Below are positions 9,104-19,144 of a stretch of 64,000 nt of DNA, one piece after another. A program made the translations under genes and the position numbers. A model generated the notes under the pieces. That model was given only the letters and a program-made list of their open reading frames with translations. It was not told the origin of the DNA and made no database searches. Origin of the DNA: Candidatus Taylorbacteria bacterium RIFCSPHIGHO2_12_FULL_45_16 (GTDB taxonomy: Bacteria; Patescibacteriota; Minisyncoccia; Phycocordibacterales; PALSA-1337); NCBI GenBank assembly GCA_001821055.1, contig MHRT01000001.1, positions 27,868 through 91,867 of the forward strand, given 5' to 3'. How positions within the stretch are numbered: position 1 is the first letter of the stretch; each line of letters starts with the position of its first letter.

Positions 9104-10948
9104 CTACCCTGCCGCTTCTAACTGTTTCTTTGCATCTTGAATAGCCAGCACTTGAGCAGGGTTTGTCGTGATAATCTGATCCTCGGTATACGATCCGTGT
9201 ATCTTGATGGCCACGTGCTTCAATCCCACGAAGAATATTCCCTCTCCCACGTCAGACTCCAACAAGAGATATTTTTCCTCATCCGTCAGGTTAAATGTTT
9301 TTTGGATATGATCGATCACGCTTGGGGATTGTTTCAAAAGGATTTGTATTGAAGAGTTTGTCACTATCGGCAGGCCATAAGGCGAGTTCAAAAAGTCGTC
9401 AACATCTTGGGTGATTGTGGCCAAGCCGAGGAAATATTTGCGACCGCGCTTTGCCAAACCGAAGAGGAACGAAGCCGTGTCTTCTGATTTCATCATCCAC
9501 CACGCCTCATCTATGACCAACAAACGCTTCTTGAGGTTCTTGCGGATGGCATTCCAGATATAGTGAGTGACTATATACATGGCCACCGGTTTGAGCTCGT
9601 CTTCCATGTCGCGGAGTGAAAAAACCACGAATTTTTTATTTATATCCACATTTGAAGGACGATTGATGAAACCAGCCCAGGTTCCTTTGGTGTATTTACT
9701 CAAGCGCTGAACCAGTGAATCCCCCCCCTCCATTCCGGCCAGAACCAGTTCAAAATCGGACAGAAGTGGCGGTTCAACAGTCCGGAAATCCGATTCGGGA
9801 GTGATATCTTTCAAAGCGTAGGTTTCACTGATGGCCCGATCAACGATGGCATCTTCTTCTTGGGTAAGACCACCCAACATAATTCGGAAAAGACCGACCA
9901 AGTTGATGATATTTGATCGAAGGACGTCAGCAGCTGATTCGTCTTCACGGGCGATCGGCAAGTCAAATGGATTTATATGGTGTTCGGAATTGAGTGAGAT
10001 ATTGAAATATTTCCCTCCCGTGGCTTCGGCCATATACTCGTATTCTTTTTCTGGATCGATAACGATTACATCAGTGTCAAACATCAGCGTGCGCAGAATT
10101 TCCAGCTTGGTGGCATAAGATTTTCCGGCGCCGGCAGTGGCAAAAGTGACCGAATTGTAGTTTTCCAACGAAAATCTATCAAAAAGTACCAGGGACGAAT
10201 TGTGACGATTTATGCCGTACAAGATTCCTTTATCTGAAGTAAGGTCAAATGAGACGAATGGGAAAAGTGATGAAAGGGGCGAAGAGTTGAGCTTGGAATG
10301 CACCCCGAGCTGATCATCGGCGATGGGGATGACGGATTTGAAGCCTTGTTCTTGCTGAAACAGCGCGGGTTTAACGTAAATAAGTTTTGATTCAAGGATT
10401 GATTTGATTTCAGATTCCAACTTATCAAGCTCACCTTCCGAGTCGGCAAACAAAGTGATATAAACACCGACATCAAAAAGGTGTTCCTGCGCCTGCATCA
10501 GTTGATCACGGAGCTGTTCCAGATCTTGATAAGCCGTATCCAATGCCGGATCACGGACCAGCCCCTTGTCTTCCCTGCGAGAAATCTGGCTTTGGACTTC
10601 GGCGACTTTCTTTTGGAAATGGCGGAGGATTTTTGCCGTTTCGACGGGATGTATGAATATTGAAATATTAAAAATCTTGTCTAGATTGATGATAGGGGCA
10701 AACCAGCTTTCGTCAAGGAAGCGTGGATATGAGATTACAAAGAGAGTTCGGCCTATTTTTTCTCCCAAATTGAGATCCTTTGGGCTAATTTTTAGAGCTG
10801 ACGGAGAAATAACATCTTTCAATTCCAAAACGCCGGCTTGATAGATCTCTTCAGGTAAAATAGAAACAATCGGTGATTGCTCATCTTTTCGTCCAAATAA
10901 TTTGTTTAAGAATGACATGTTGATTTTGTGTTGGTTCTGCGTATTCAT
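9104..10948 (-). CDS. VirB4/TrbE/TraC-like conjugation ATPase, C-terminal ATPase part (split gene)
   Basis: The product has a Walker A TAGAGKSY and a Walker B LLVIDEAWWMM. I placed the start at the ATG at 10946-10948 (MNTQ...). The track start, a GTG at 10984, falls inside a hairpin. Confidence 0.8.
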   Translation of the reverse strand: MNTQNQHKINMSFLNKLFGRKDEQSPIVSILPEEIYQAGVLELKDVISPSALKISPKDLNLGEKIGRTLFVISYPRFLDESWFAPIINLDKIFNISIFIHPVETAKILRHFQKKVAEVQSQISRREDKGLVRDPALDTAYQDLEQLRDQLMQAQEHLFDVGVYITLFADSEGELDKLESEIKSILESKLIYVKPALFQQEQGFKSVIPIADDQLGVHSKLNSSPLSSLFPFVSFDLTSDKGILYGINRHNSSLVLFDRFSLENYNSVTFATAGAGKSYATKLEILRTLMFDTDVIVIDPEKEYEYMAEATGGKYFNISLNSEHHINPFDLPIAREDESAADVLRSNIINLVGLFRIMLGGLTQEEDAIVDRAISETYALKDITPESDFRTVEPPLLSDFELVLAGMEGGDSLVQRLSKYTKGTWAGFINRPSNVDINKKFVVFSLRDMEDELKPVAMYIVTHYIWNAIRKNLKKRLLVIDEAWWMMKSEDTASFLFGLAKRGRKYFLGLATITQDVDDFLNSPYGLPIVTNSSIQILLKQSPSVIDHIQKTFNLTDEEKYLLLESDVGEGIFFVGLKHVAIKIHGSYTEDQIITTNPAQVLAIQDAKKQLEAAG

Positions 10949-10954
10949 GTTGTC

Positions 10955-11026
10955 ATTCCGGCGAAGGCCGGAATCCAGAATCACAAACTAAGTGTTAGTA
11001 ATTCTGGACCCCTGCCTTCGCAGGGG
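10955..11026. repeat. 72-nt element of three consecutive hairpins at the VirB4 split site
   Basis: The three hairpins are ATTCCGGC-GAAG-GCCGGAAT, CCAGAAT-N19-ATTCTGG and CCCCTGC-CTTC-GCAGGGG. The element contains the in-frame TGA at 11033-35 and a TAG. Confidence 0.7.
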
Positions 11027-11032
11027 TGACAA

Positions 11033-11671
11033 TCAGGTGATCTGTATCGGTTTCTCCGTTTCTCCTGGATTGAAGAGTTTGTAGAACAATTCTACCACTT
11101 CTTCGGTACCAAGTTCCGCCGCTCGAACCCCACAACGCACCAAACCTTGCTCTACAACAGCCACCCTTTGCTCGAGTTGGCTTCTGTACTCTTGGAATTG
11201 CGTGTCGGCCGTAGCAGTTTTGTCTGTGGCGCTCTTTTTGCCTCCAAACATGCTAGAAAGTGGATTTTTACCGCCGATGATTGGCGGATCGTATGGTATA
11301 ACCACAAAGAAACTTTTGGACATGATGTTGGTGCTTTCGACGAATGTTTTGATGAATTCTATGTATTCGCGAACCTGTATTTTCATGAGCTCGGTGGTTT
11401 GTTCTTTGTACCTATCCTCAAGAAGGGCGATATATGGTCTGATATCAAGTTTTTTTGATTGGACGAAGATTTGTATGGAAAAATCAAGCGAGTTCACGAA
11501 ATTCTGGAATTGCATCAAAATGGAACTTTGTTCATCTTGGGATTTGAGGGCGAAGTTGAGGGAAGATGCCAAAATGATGGCACGCATGCCTCCGTTTTTC
11601 AAAATGATTACGCCGTCGCGGATTTCTTGAATAGGAATGAAGTCTTGAGTTGTTGATTGTTTTGGAGCCAT
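11033..11671 (-). CDS. VirB4-like N-terminal domain (split gene, N-terminal part)
   Basis: The N-terminus DFIPIQEIRDGVIILKNGGMRAIILASSLNFALKSQDEQ follows the VirB4 N-domain pattern. This ORF is in the same frame as the downstream ATPase ORF, separated from it by two stop codons. Confidence 0.65.
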   Translation of the reverse strand: MAPKQSTTQDFIPIQEIRDGVIILKNGGMRAIILASSLNFALKSQDEQSSILMQFQNFVNSLDFSIQIFVQSKKLDIRPYIALLEDRYKEQTTELMKIQVREYIEFIKTFVESTNIMSKSFFVVIPYDPPIIGGKNPLSSMFGGKKSATDKTATADTQFQEYRSQLEQRVAVVEQGLVRCGVRAAELGTEEVVELFYKLFNPGETEKPIQIT

Positions 11672-12108
11672 TATTTTTGGTTTTTATTTGAATACATGCT
11701 CTCTTTTATATCCAGACTCCATGTCAGGTCCTTCAGTTTGCTGTCGGAAATTTTCGGCACCATGACGGAAGCGTAATTTTCGGCGTCTTTGACGGCCGTG
11801 GCGGTATTTTGCGGGCTTTGTTTTTCGGCTTTTCTCCAGATGTAAAGTTTACCACCAAGATAGTATTTGAAAGCTGATTCAACGACATGAACAAATGGTT
11901 TGTTATTTACTTTGTAGAAAGCAAAAGCGGCGGATACGGCCATGATGAGGATAATAGGCACGATGGCGAGGGTTATGCTGTTCAGGAACACATACACCAT
12001 GAAAGAAAGTCCTCCTCCGCCAGCAAGATAAATGAACTGCTTCAAGGTAAGCGGTCCGAATATTTTGTCTTCAACCTCAATGAATTGGGGAACCTGGAAT
12101 CGCATCAC
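11671..12108 (-). CDS. PrgI/VirB3-like small membrane protein
   Basis: The N-terminus FQVPQFIEVEDKIFGPLTLKQFIY is followed by two TM helices, the PrgI-family pattern. It overlaps the start of the VirB4 N-terminal ORF. Confidence 0.55.
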   Translation of the reverse strand: MMRFQVPQFIEVEDKIFGPLTLKQFIYLAGGGGLSFMVYVFLNSITLAIVPIILIMAVSAAFAFYKVNNKPFVHVVESAFKYYLGGKLYIWRKAEKQSPQNTATAVKDAENYASVMVPKISDSKLKDLTWSLDIKESMYSNKNQK

Positions 12109-12285
12109 TGGATATTATAGCGACAAGTGAGGATTTATGAAAGCGAGCAACCCGCGAGCAAATGTAGCTGCGAGCGGAGCCGTCCTCGGATGAGGGCTTT
12201 CATAAGATCTGAATGCAGTTGCTATATGAGCGAAGCGATTATAGCGTACTTTTGACTTAAACGAGGATAGGTCCAGCTCAAATAT

Positions 12286-13110
12286 TTACTTGATCGCTTC
12301 CCTATATGGATCATTACCCATAGCTTTTGGTGTTGGTGTACCACTAGTTCCCCCTGCCACTTTTGGAGCTTGAACGGTGACTTTTTGCGCTGACTGCCCG
12401 CTCGCATTGCCTAACAAGTAATCTACCAGTGGCTCTGTGTGGTTCTCGGGTGTCCCCCCGGAAGTTGTTTTCGCCACCGCAATTTTCGGCACTTGTGGAG
12501 CTACCACGGCTTCAGGCATCTGTGCTGATCTTCCATCTGTCGGTAGATTTGCCGGTGGATTTGCCCTAGATGGTGTAACTCTTGCCGGAGGGATCCCCGC
12601 CTGAGTCGGAACACTTGCTGGTGGATTTTCCAACCCCGCCAGTATTTCCCCTCTATCCGCCGCGGTCACCCTATTATTTTCCGTTTCCGGAACCTCTTTT
12701 TCAACACTAAAGCCGCCGAGACGTTCTAGAGAAGAGAGGGTGGAAATTTGGTTTTCTTCAGGCCTAGATTCTGGAACAGTGGTTTGAATACCATCCTCGG
12801 TTTCCCGAAGGTATTCTTTTATAGAATCAAAGACCTCATGATTTACCTCTTGGGAAATGGTTAGCGCAGCTTTACCAGAAATATTAAGCCGTTTAGAAAT
12901 TTGGTCAACAAAATCAGAAGATTTATGAAGTCCAAGTAAAACCAATCCTATTTCATCAACAAGCTCGCCCAGCTGATCGATCATGAGACCATATTTTTTT
13001 CCTACAATCTCGATTTTCTCGTGGATTTCAGGCGAAGTCACTGCCTGTTGAACATTAACAGGTAATTTATCGAACTGTGCTTTTATTTCTTCTGAAGTAA
13101 ATTGCCTCAT
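12286..13110 (-). CDS. Hypothetical Pro/Thr-rich protein
   Basis: This 274-aa ORF has a low-complexity Pro-rich C-terminal half. It lies in the envelope cluster. Confidence 0.45.
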   Translation of the reverse strand: MRQFTSEEIKAQFDKLPVNVQQAVTSPEIHEKIEIVGKKYGLMIDQLGELVDEIGLVLLGLHKSSDFVDQISKRLNISGKAALTISQEVNHEVFDSIKEYLRETEDGIQTTVPESRPEENQISTLSSLERLGGFSVEKEVPETENNRVTAADRGEILAGLENPPASVPTQAGIPPARVTPSRANPPANLPTDGRSAQMPEAVVAPQVPKIAVAKTTSGGTPENHTEPLVDYLLGNASGQSAQKVTVQAPKVAGGTSGTPTPKAMGNDPYREAIK

Positions 13111-13155
13111 GTTGTTTTTGATGCGTCTTTATCTTCCTTTGGTTTATCCTCAGCA

Positions 13156-15021
13156 TCATCCTTGCTTGCTTCGGCCAATTCTTTTGCCAATTTTTTCATA
13201 TTCTTTATCTTTCTTTTTTCCAGAACCACGTTTGATTGCAGCATCCAGGTCTGCTATCTTTCTTCGTAATTGTTCGAGTTCAGCTTTTTCTGCGTCAGTT
13301 ACAGTAGCCCCTCCTTCAGCCTCACGTCTAAGCAGATATTTATAGTTGTTTGAATTCAAAATCCCGTCTTTTTCATCTCTATTCTTTTGGAGATCCGCCT
13401 CATCTTTCAAACTGAACGCAGTTTCGGTATTAGCGCGATCTTTCATAAGAAGGGTCATTATTGATCTACGCGGTAAGTTCTCGCGGAATTTTGTAGCATA
13501 ATCTTTTGCTTGAGCACTCGCAACTTCCCTCTCTGCTTCAGTCGCATAATCACTGTTATTTATGGATTCAATTCGTTTATGCTGACCCCCAATATCCTTC
13601 TTCCTCTGCTTCAATACTGCATCATAACTTCCTTTTTTGTCACCAAATCCAGCTCCGCTAACATTTGAAAGTCCTTTTGAAACTGCCAAGCCGAGGTTTG
13701 GGTTATTCCCATAAAATCTTCGAGCTGCTGAACTTTCGTTAATACGATTTGCGGCCATTCCAAGAGTATTCCTTCCGCCCCAACTACCCACCTTCTTCCA
13801 TAACACATCAGCACCCATCTTTTTGCCATCAAGTAGACCACCTGTACTCGCTCCAAGTTTGATTGCCGCCACGAGGGGGACATTGAGCATGAAGATAATG
13901 AGAACGGCATTGATGGCGAATGAAACGAATTCCGTTGGCATGATTCCAGTCGTGCCTGTTCCTTGCCATAAGGTGCCGTAGGCTCCGGTATTGAATAAAC
14001 TACTGCCGGTTATTATTTTGAGCGCAACATACATCAATAATAAGTATGCCGGCATGAAGGTGAGTTGGGCGATTAATATTTTCCAGTATTCTTTTGAATA
14101 TTCCTGCAATTGCGGGACAACCGCCGCCGCACACCAAACAGGCGAAAAGGCGAGCAGTAAGAGGAGAAGAACTAAACGTACAACGAAAGCCAAGGCGGCA
14201 AAGAGGAAACTCAAACCAGCTGTTACCATTATGACAACGCCAGTGATGCCGATGAGCACGATCCGAAATGGCGTCATTCCAGTTGAACTTTCATTGCCAG
14301 TAAGGTTTAGGTTGTCAGGATGAAAAGCTGTTTGTATTTGCAGTGATTGCATGAAAATTGCTGATAGCCCACCATCTTTGAACAAAGTATTTACTATGGT
14401 TGGCAATGTACCAGCCTGAGCAAGTGTGCCTGTTGCACCTTGTTTTCCTTGAATTATGGCACCAATATCCGGTTGCCCAGGAGTGATCGCTTTATATAGC
14501 TGCAGTGAAACAACATTCGAAGTGTCGATCAAAAGCGCGGTTATAAAAAAGCTAAAGTTGATCAATACACCGGCGATGACGATGTTTTTTATGACACCAC
14601 TTAGCTTTGCGTCTTGACCTAAAATCATACGGATGGACGCGTATAAAAGAGCAAATATGATGAACATGCCGGTAATATCGCGGATGGCCTTCCAAACAGT
14701 ATATATGGCGGGAGTACTATCAACGAAATCTTTGATATGCATTGTCAGATTGATCGAGACATTGAGGAGTGTACCGGTAAGCGCCACGAACCACGAGGCT
14801 ATTGATAAAATTATGTTGACAATGAATGCCGCGGCTTGAGCAAAAAAGTCCCAGATACTGCTGATCCCAAATAGTTCTATCGCATGTGTCGTTTGCGTCG
14901 AAGCAACCACGATGACCAGCATAACAATGGTGAAATGACTTATGTATTTCCAAGTAAAAATACGAGATATTATCAGCGGTATATCAATCAATCTGATTTT
15001 TTTAATATATGATTTCAACAT
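13156..15021 (-). CDS. Polytopic membrane protein, possibly VirB6/TrbL-like
   Basis: The 621-aa product has many TM helices and a Lys/Arg-rich C-terminal tail. It lies next to the VirB4 and VirB3-like genes. Confidence 0.4.
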   Translation of the reverse strand: MLKSYIKKIRLIDIPLIISRIFTWKYISHFTIVMLVIVVASTQTTHAIELFGISSIWDFFAQAAAFIVNIILSIASWFVALTGTLLNVSINLTMHIKDFVDSTPAIYTVWKAIRDITGMFIIFALLYASIRMILGQDAKLSGVIKNIVIAGVLINFSFFITALLIDTSNVVSLQLYKAITPGQPDIGAIIQGKQGATGTLAQAGTLPTIVNTLFKDGGLSAIFMQSLQIQTAFHPDNLNLTGNESSTGMTPFRIVLIGITGVVIMVTAGLSFLFAALAFVVRLVLLLLLLAFSPVWCAAAVVPQLQEYSKEYWKILIAQLTFMPAYLLLMYVALKIITGSSLFNTGAYGTLWQGTGTTGIMPTEFVSFAINAVLIIFMLNVPLVAAIKLGASTGGLLDGKKMGADVLWKKVGSWGGRNTLGMAANRINESSAARRFYGNNPNLGLAVSKGLSNVSGAGFGDKKGSYDAVLKQRKKDIGGQHKRIESINNSDYATEAEREVASAQAKDYATKFRENLPRRSIMTLLMKDRANTETAFSLKDEADLQKNRDEKDGILNSNNYKYLLRREAEGGATVTDAEKAELEQLRRKIADLDAAIKRGSGKKKDKEYEKIGKRIGRSKQG

Positions 15022-15029
15022 GTGATTTG

Positions 15030-16784
15030 TCAGTATGAACTCAAGAGATTATTTTTGAAGGTTTCGGGCTGGATGATTAGGTTGGGGAATTGGTTGCACC
15101 TATTCTGGAAGATCTGGGCGTCTCTGTTCAGATCCTTGACGGTTTCTTCGATTGACTGGGATCTTTGTTCTATATTGTTTGAATCCTCGAGAACGGATTG
15201 GGTAGTTTGGGTTGTATTATTGACCGCCATTTCCAAACGTGAGAAGCCGGCAGTAATGTCGCTACCAGTTAGTCCTGGAATATATGAATTGGTAGTTCCT
15301 GAAGTCGAGTTCTTATACATATTCAGTTGGTTTTGTGTGGAAATTTTCTTTTCTGTTGTTGAAGCAATAAGCGGATCTATATTCCTAGTAATCACGAGAC
15401 TTATACCTTGGGTCATTTTTTCTCCGTATGATCGGCGGACGGTATCAAAGTTTTGTAGCTGATTTATCTTGTTGACGAAACATACACTGGCAGTCAGATA
15501 TCTGTTTTTTGTGTCATTGAGAAGTGCCAATGAACGGTTATACGCGGTGATGTTGTTCTCTGCAATAGTAATCACGGAATTTGAGGTACTCAACGAACGA
15601 TCCCGCGCCGAAACCACCTCAAAACTATTTTGATTGTATGATTCATCGTACAATTGGGTTAGGTATGACTGGGAATTTCCACCGACACCCGATCCTCGAT
15701 TGCTCAAGGCTGCCAGTCCTTGGGTCAACATCTGATTTACCAAGGCCCCGGTGATCGCATCAATGCTGTCGCTGATGGTTTTGACGCTGACTAGTTTTTC
15801 TCGGCCGGTATCCGCCTGATTGAATAACGTGCTGGCGATGACTGACCCGGGAGTTTGAACTTCACAACTTTCGTACTTTACTTTGTTGTCCTTGTCCACG
15901 GTCTTTTTTATACTTGTACCTTTGCCGAGAGCCGTGTAGCCTGTAGCACCGGTGCCGGTTTGCTGAAGATTTCTGATATCCGATGTGTTAAGGCCGAACT
16001 TTGGGCCAAGTTCATCTTCGGTGGCCGAAAGATAACCACTTGTCACATCTGTACATTTTGGCCAAGAAAGGAATCCCTGCCCGCGGTTGAGGTCGCTGTT
16101 GACGGAGTCTTGTTTTTCGGCAATCCGACTCTGAAGATCGGAATTCGCCAACAAATATGCCCCGATTGGATTGTTTTGCGGTTCAATCGTATAGGCCAAA
16201 AAGCCTTCCCAGCCACCTTGAGAGAAATCGCCGTTTATAAAATTGCCCAAAGTAGCACCGTCCGCGTCACCATACAGATTGATCCCGCTGTTTTGTCCCG
16301 CAGTCGCGATGGCATTTTGCGTATTGCCAATGACTCTGCTTAAGGTACATTCGTATCGTTTGTTATACGAGCTTGATTGATTCAAAGCGATATTCAGGCG
16401 AATATCGAAGCTGAACGGCGAACAAAGTTGTGACAACGCGCCTGTTTTATCTATAAGTTCGCCGGTAATCTGATCAGCGACATCAAGGAAAAATCCTTCG
16501 GGATTGGTCAGAAAAGCCGGACTACCTTGAAAACCGGTATTTATCCAATTCACAATACTGGCAGTCATGCGTTGGATGATCTGATTGGTGATGAGGACTG
16601 CTAGACGATTACCGACAAATTCTTTCCAGTTGTCCATGATGCAGTAAAAATCGAATAGTGCACAGGTATTTGGAACGGCCAGTGCCTGGGCTTTTTTGTT
16701 TGGAATAAAACCAAGTGGTGACACTAGGATGGCGATGAGTATGGTGAGTGTGATTATACGAATGCGGATGGAGTGAATATTCAT
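15030..16784 (-). CDS. Secreted hypothetical protein
   Basis: The 584-aa product has a signal peptide (ILIAILVSPLGFIPNKKAQA) and is Asn/Ser/Thr-rich. Confidence 0.55.
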   Translation of the reverse strand: MNIHSIRIRIITLTILIAILVSPLGFIPNKKAQALAVPNTCALFDFYCIMDNWKEFVGNRLAVLITNQIIQRMTASIVNWINTGFQGSPAFLTNPEGFFLDVADQITGELIDKTGALSQLCSPFSFDIRLNIALNQSSSYNKRYECTLSRVIGNTQNAIATAGQNSGINLYGDADGATLGNFINGDFSQGGWEGFLAYTIEPQNNPIGAYLLANSDLQSRIAEKQDSVNSDLNRGQGFLSWPKCTDVTSGYLSATEDELGPKFGLNTSDIRNLQQTGTGATGYTALGKGTSIKKTVDKDNKVKYESCEVQTPGSVIASTLFNQADTGREKLVSVKTISDSIDAITGALVNQMLTQGLAALSNRGSGVGGNSQSYLTQLYDESYNQNSFEVVSARDRSLSTSNSVITIAENNITAYNRSLALLNDTKNRYLTASVCFVNKINQLQNFDTVRRSYGEKMTQGISLVITRNIDPLIASTTEKKISTQNQLNMYKNSTSGTTNSYIPGLTGSDITAGFSRLEMAVNNTTQTTQSVLEDSNNIEQRSQSIEETVKDLNRDAQIFQNRCNQFPNLIIQPETFKNNLLSSY

Positions 16785-16785
16785 G

Positions 16786-17676
16786 TTATTTGATTATAGA
16801 AAAAACTATGGCTGGCTCTTGAGATGAAAATTGCATGTCTTGCTGTGCGAATACAAATTTTAGATCTAGGAGTGCACTTCTTAGCCGACCAACGGATTGC
16901 TCGTAGAGTGCCATTGCAACCATTCCTTGAATTGGGTCGCTAAATACTTTACTCATTCCATTGGAAACGAATGACATAGCACTGACAGCATTGATCAATT
17001 CAACATGATGCGGGGCTAGGTTTTTGGGAGTTCTAGTAGCAAGCAATTGCGCTAACAATGTGTCATATGAGACTGTGACATCTTCTATTTTTTTGGCGGC
17101 GAATTTGTCATTCTGTTCGAGCGCTTGATTTGCGATTGAGGCGGCGTCTTCTCGTGGCGTATATGTCAAAATTAACCTGCCAATGTTGTTTGCATAGGCT
17201 CGCTCGGCCGATGCGTCTGTTTCTGTCGACAATACTATTTCACGAACATCATATGAACGTGGCAATGGCGCCGCCGATACGACATTTTCTGTGGTTTGGT
17301 CAATAAGCGCTTTTATTGCTTCGGGATTTTCGGATAGATTGTTCTGCTTGAGAAATAAATACTGTTCAAAAAATTTCTTGCCGAACTGGCCGGTGACGGT
17401 TTCCGGTTCAACCGGTTCATTGGAAGTCACGGCGGTGATATCCGATGATTTGTTCTCGTTGATTTTTTGGGTCAAAAATTGTTCTTTCCAATCATTGGAA
17501 TTCGTCTCGGAAACTAGCTCTGTGGGCGTAGCACTGACCACCCCGTTCGGAGCGTTATTTATGGCCGTGTTATTCCACAATGAATCGCCGTACGCGGCAT
17601 ATCCAGCGACTCCAACTCCCAGAATACATATTATGAAAATGATAGCCGTCTGTTTGTGCCGGTAAGATAGGGACAT
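16786..17676 (-). CDS. Membrane-anchored hypothetical protein
   Basis: The product has an N-terminal TM helix. It is the last gene of the cluster. Confidence 0.5.
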   Translation of the reverse strand: MSLSYRHKQTAIIFIICILGVGVAGYAAYGDSLWNNTAINNAPNGVVSATPTELVSETNSNDWKEQFLTQKINENKSSDITAVTSNEPVEPETVTGQFGKKFFEQYLFLKQNNLSENPEAIKALIDQTTENVVSAAPLPRSYDVREIVLSTETDASAERAYANNIGRLILTYTPREDAASIANQALEQNDKFAAKKIEDVTVSYDTLLAQLLATRTPKNLAPHHVELINAVSAMSFVSNGMSKVFSDPIQGMVAMALYEQSVGRLRSALLDLKFVFAQQDMQFSSQEPAIVFSIIK

Positions 17677-17812
17677 ACGACATAATTATATAGTAGAAAT
17701 GCTTTATACGCTGTGTTTTCTGTGGACAGTGGCTCTTGACGCAGGTTGAGCTTTTTATATTCAGGTCTGTGGATACTACGCATATAAAATACATGTTAGT
17801 ATTAGTATCAAT

Positions 17813-18145
17813 ATGAAAAAACAAACTTTAGTTATTATATTGGTCGCTACATTTTTACTTGCTTCCTTGACTAATACTTATGCCGCTGCCCCTCTTCCTT
17901 TTGGTGGAGTGGTTACCATGATTCAGCCATGCAATACTGGTTTGTTAGTGTATGTTCTGACGCCACTGACGGGAGTTGTGCCGTTTATGTGGCTTACAGG
18001 TGAGTTGCCATTTTTGTCTTACATACCCCCACATCCAGGCCAATGGTTGCTAGGATTGACTGCCGCCGTCCCAGTCCCTTGTGTTCTAGGGACTGTCCCT
18101 TATGGTGCAGGGTTACCTATTCTCATGCATGGCTCAAGTCTGTAA
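17813..18145 (+). CDS. Small secreted hydrophobic protein
   Basis: The 110-aa product has a signal peptide (MKKQTLVIILVATFLLASLTNTYAAAP) and a Pro/Gly/Leu-rich body. Confidence 0.4.
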   Translation: MKKQTLVIILVATFLLASLTNTYAAAPLPFGGVVTMIQPCNTGLLVYVLTPLTGVVPFMWLTGELPFLSYIPPHPGQWLLGLTAAVPVPCVLGTVPYGAGLPILMHGSSL

Positions 18146-18168
18146 TTTCCATAATTACACAGCTTTTT

Positions 18169-19098
18169 CTAGTTTAATGAATTGTATCCGGCAATCTCAA
18201 GCCACTGTTCCACTTTCAGATCCTCTGCTCTTATTTTTGGATCCAGTCCCAGTTTTTTCCAGATAGCTTCAATCCCCATTTGACCAAAAATCACTTCCAA
18301 ATTTCGGGCCAAGAACTTTCTTTTGTGAGCGAAACTGGTTTTCACTAGTCTGAAAAATCTAGGAATATCAAGGTCTTTTGAGACATCGGGGAAATTTTTC
18401 GCGCGGAAAAGGTTGTCTGAAATATTCTCAATTGAAAGAATTGCCGAATCGACTGTGGGTGGTGGAGTGAATGCTCCCGGCGGAACCTCGGCAATTATTT
18501 TCGGTGTCCCAAAAGCTTTTACTGATATGGATAGTACACTTTCTTTATCATCTCTAGCAACGATCCTTTGAGCAACCTCTTTTTGGACCAATAGAACCAT
18601 TCGATTTGGTCTCGGTTCATATTCGAGAAACTTTTCTAAAATTGCTCCAGTGATGTAATAAGGAATATTGGCGACGAGTGCATATTTGGATGATTCCAAA
18701 ATTAAGCAATTTAATGATCCCGAGTGTGAAGGTTTAATGATTGAATCATTTGATGATTCAGGATTTTCAGATGAACTATTTTCGGATAATTGATCGGATT
18801 TGATTTTAGTTTTTAATATATTCGGATCCAACACATCCCCTTCAATGATTTTTAATGTTCCACTTTTTATTTCATTGAAAAAATCTTGCTCCAACATACC
18901 GACGGCTCGAGAATCTTTTTCAATTGCTATGACATTTGCTCCGGCATCCAATAATGCGCGCGTCAAAACTCCAGTGCCGGGTCCAATTTCAAGTACTGAC
19001 TCCCCTTTTTGTATGTGCGCGGCCAAAATAATCTGCCTCAACACATGCGTAGAGTTCAAAAAATGTTGCCCCAGAGATTTTTTTGCGAATAATTTCAT
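18169..19098 (-). CDS. rsmA: 16S rRNA (adenine1518/1519-N6)-dimethyltransferase
   Basis: The product carries the SAM motif VLEIGPGTGVLT and a KsgA-type N-terminus. It contains a low-complexity SENSSSENPESSNDS insert. Confidence 0.85.
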   Translation of the reverse strand: MKLFAKKSLGQHFLNSTHVLRQIILAAHIQKGESVLEIGPGTGVLTRALLDAGANVIAIEKDSRAVGMLEQDFFNEIKSGTLKIIEGDVLDPNILKTKIKSDQLSENSSSENPESSNDSIIKPSHSGSLNCLILESSKYALVANIPYYITGAILEKFLEYEPRPNRMVLLVQKEVAQRIVARDDKESVLSISVKAFGTPKIIAEVPPGAFTPPPTVDSAILSIENISDNLFRAKNFPDVSKDLDIPRFFRLVKTSFAHKRKFLARNLEVIFGQMGIEAIWKKLGLDPKIRAEDLKVEQWLEIAGYNSLN

Positions 19099-19144
19099 TA
19101 ATTATAGTAGTTGATTTATGAGATAGCACAAGTAGCCTACATCC

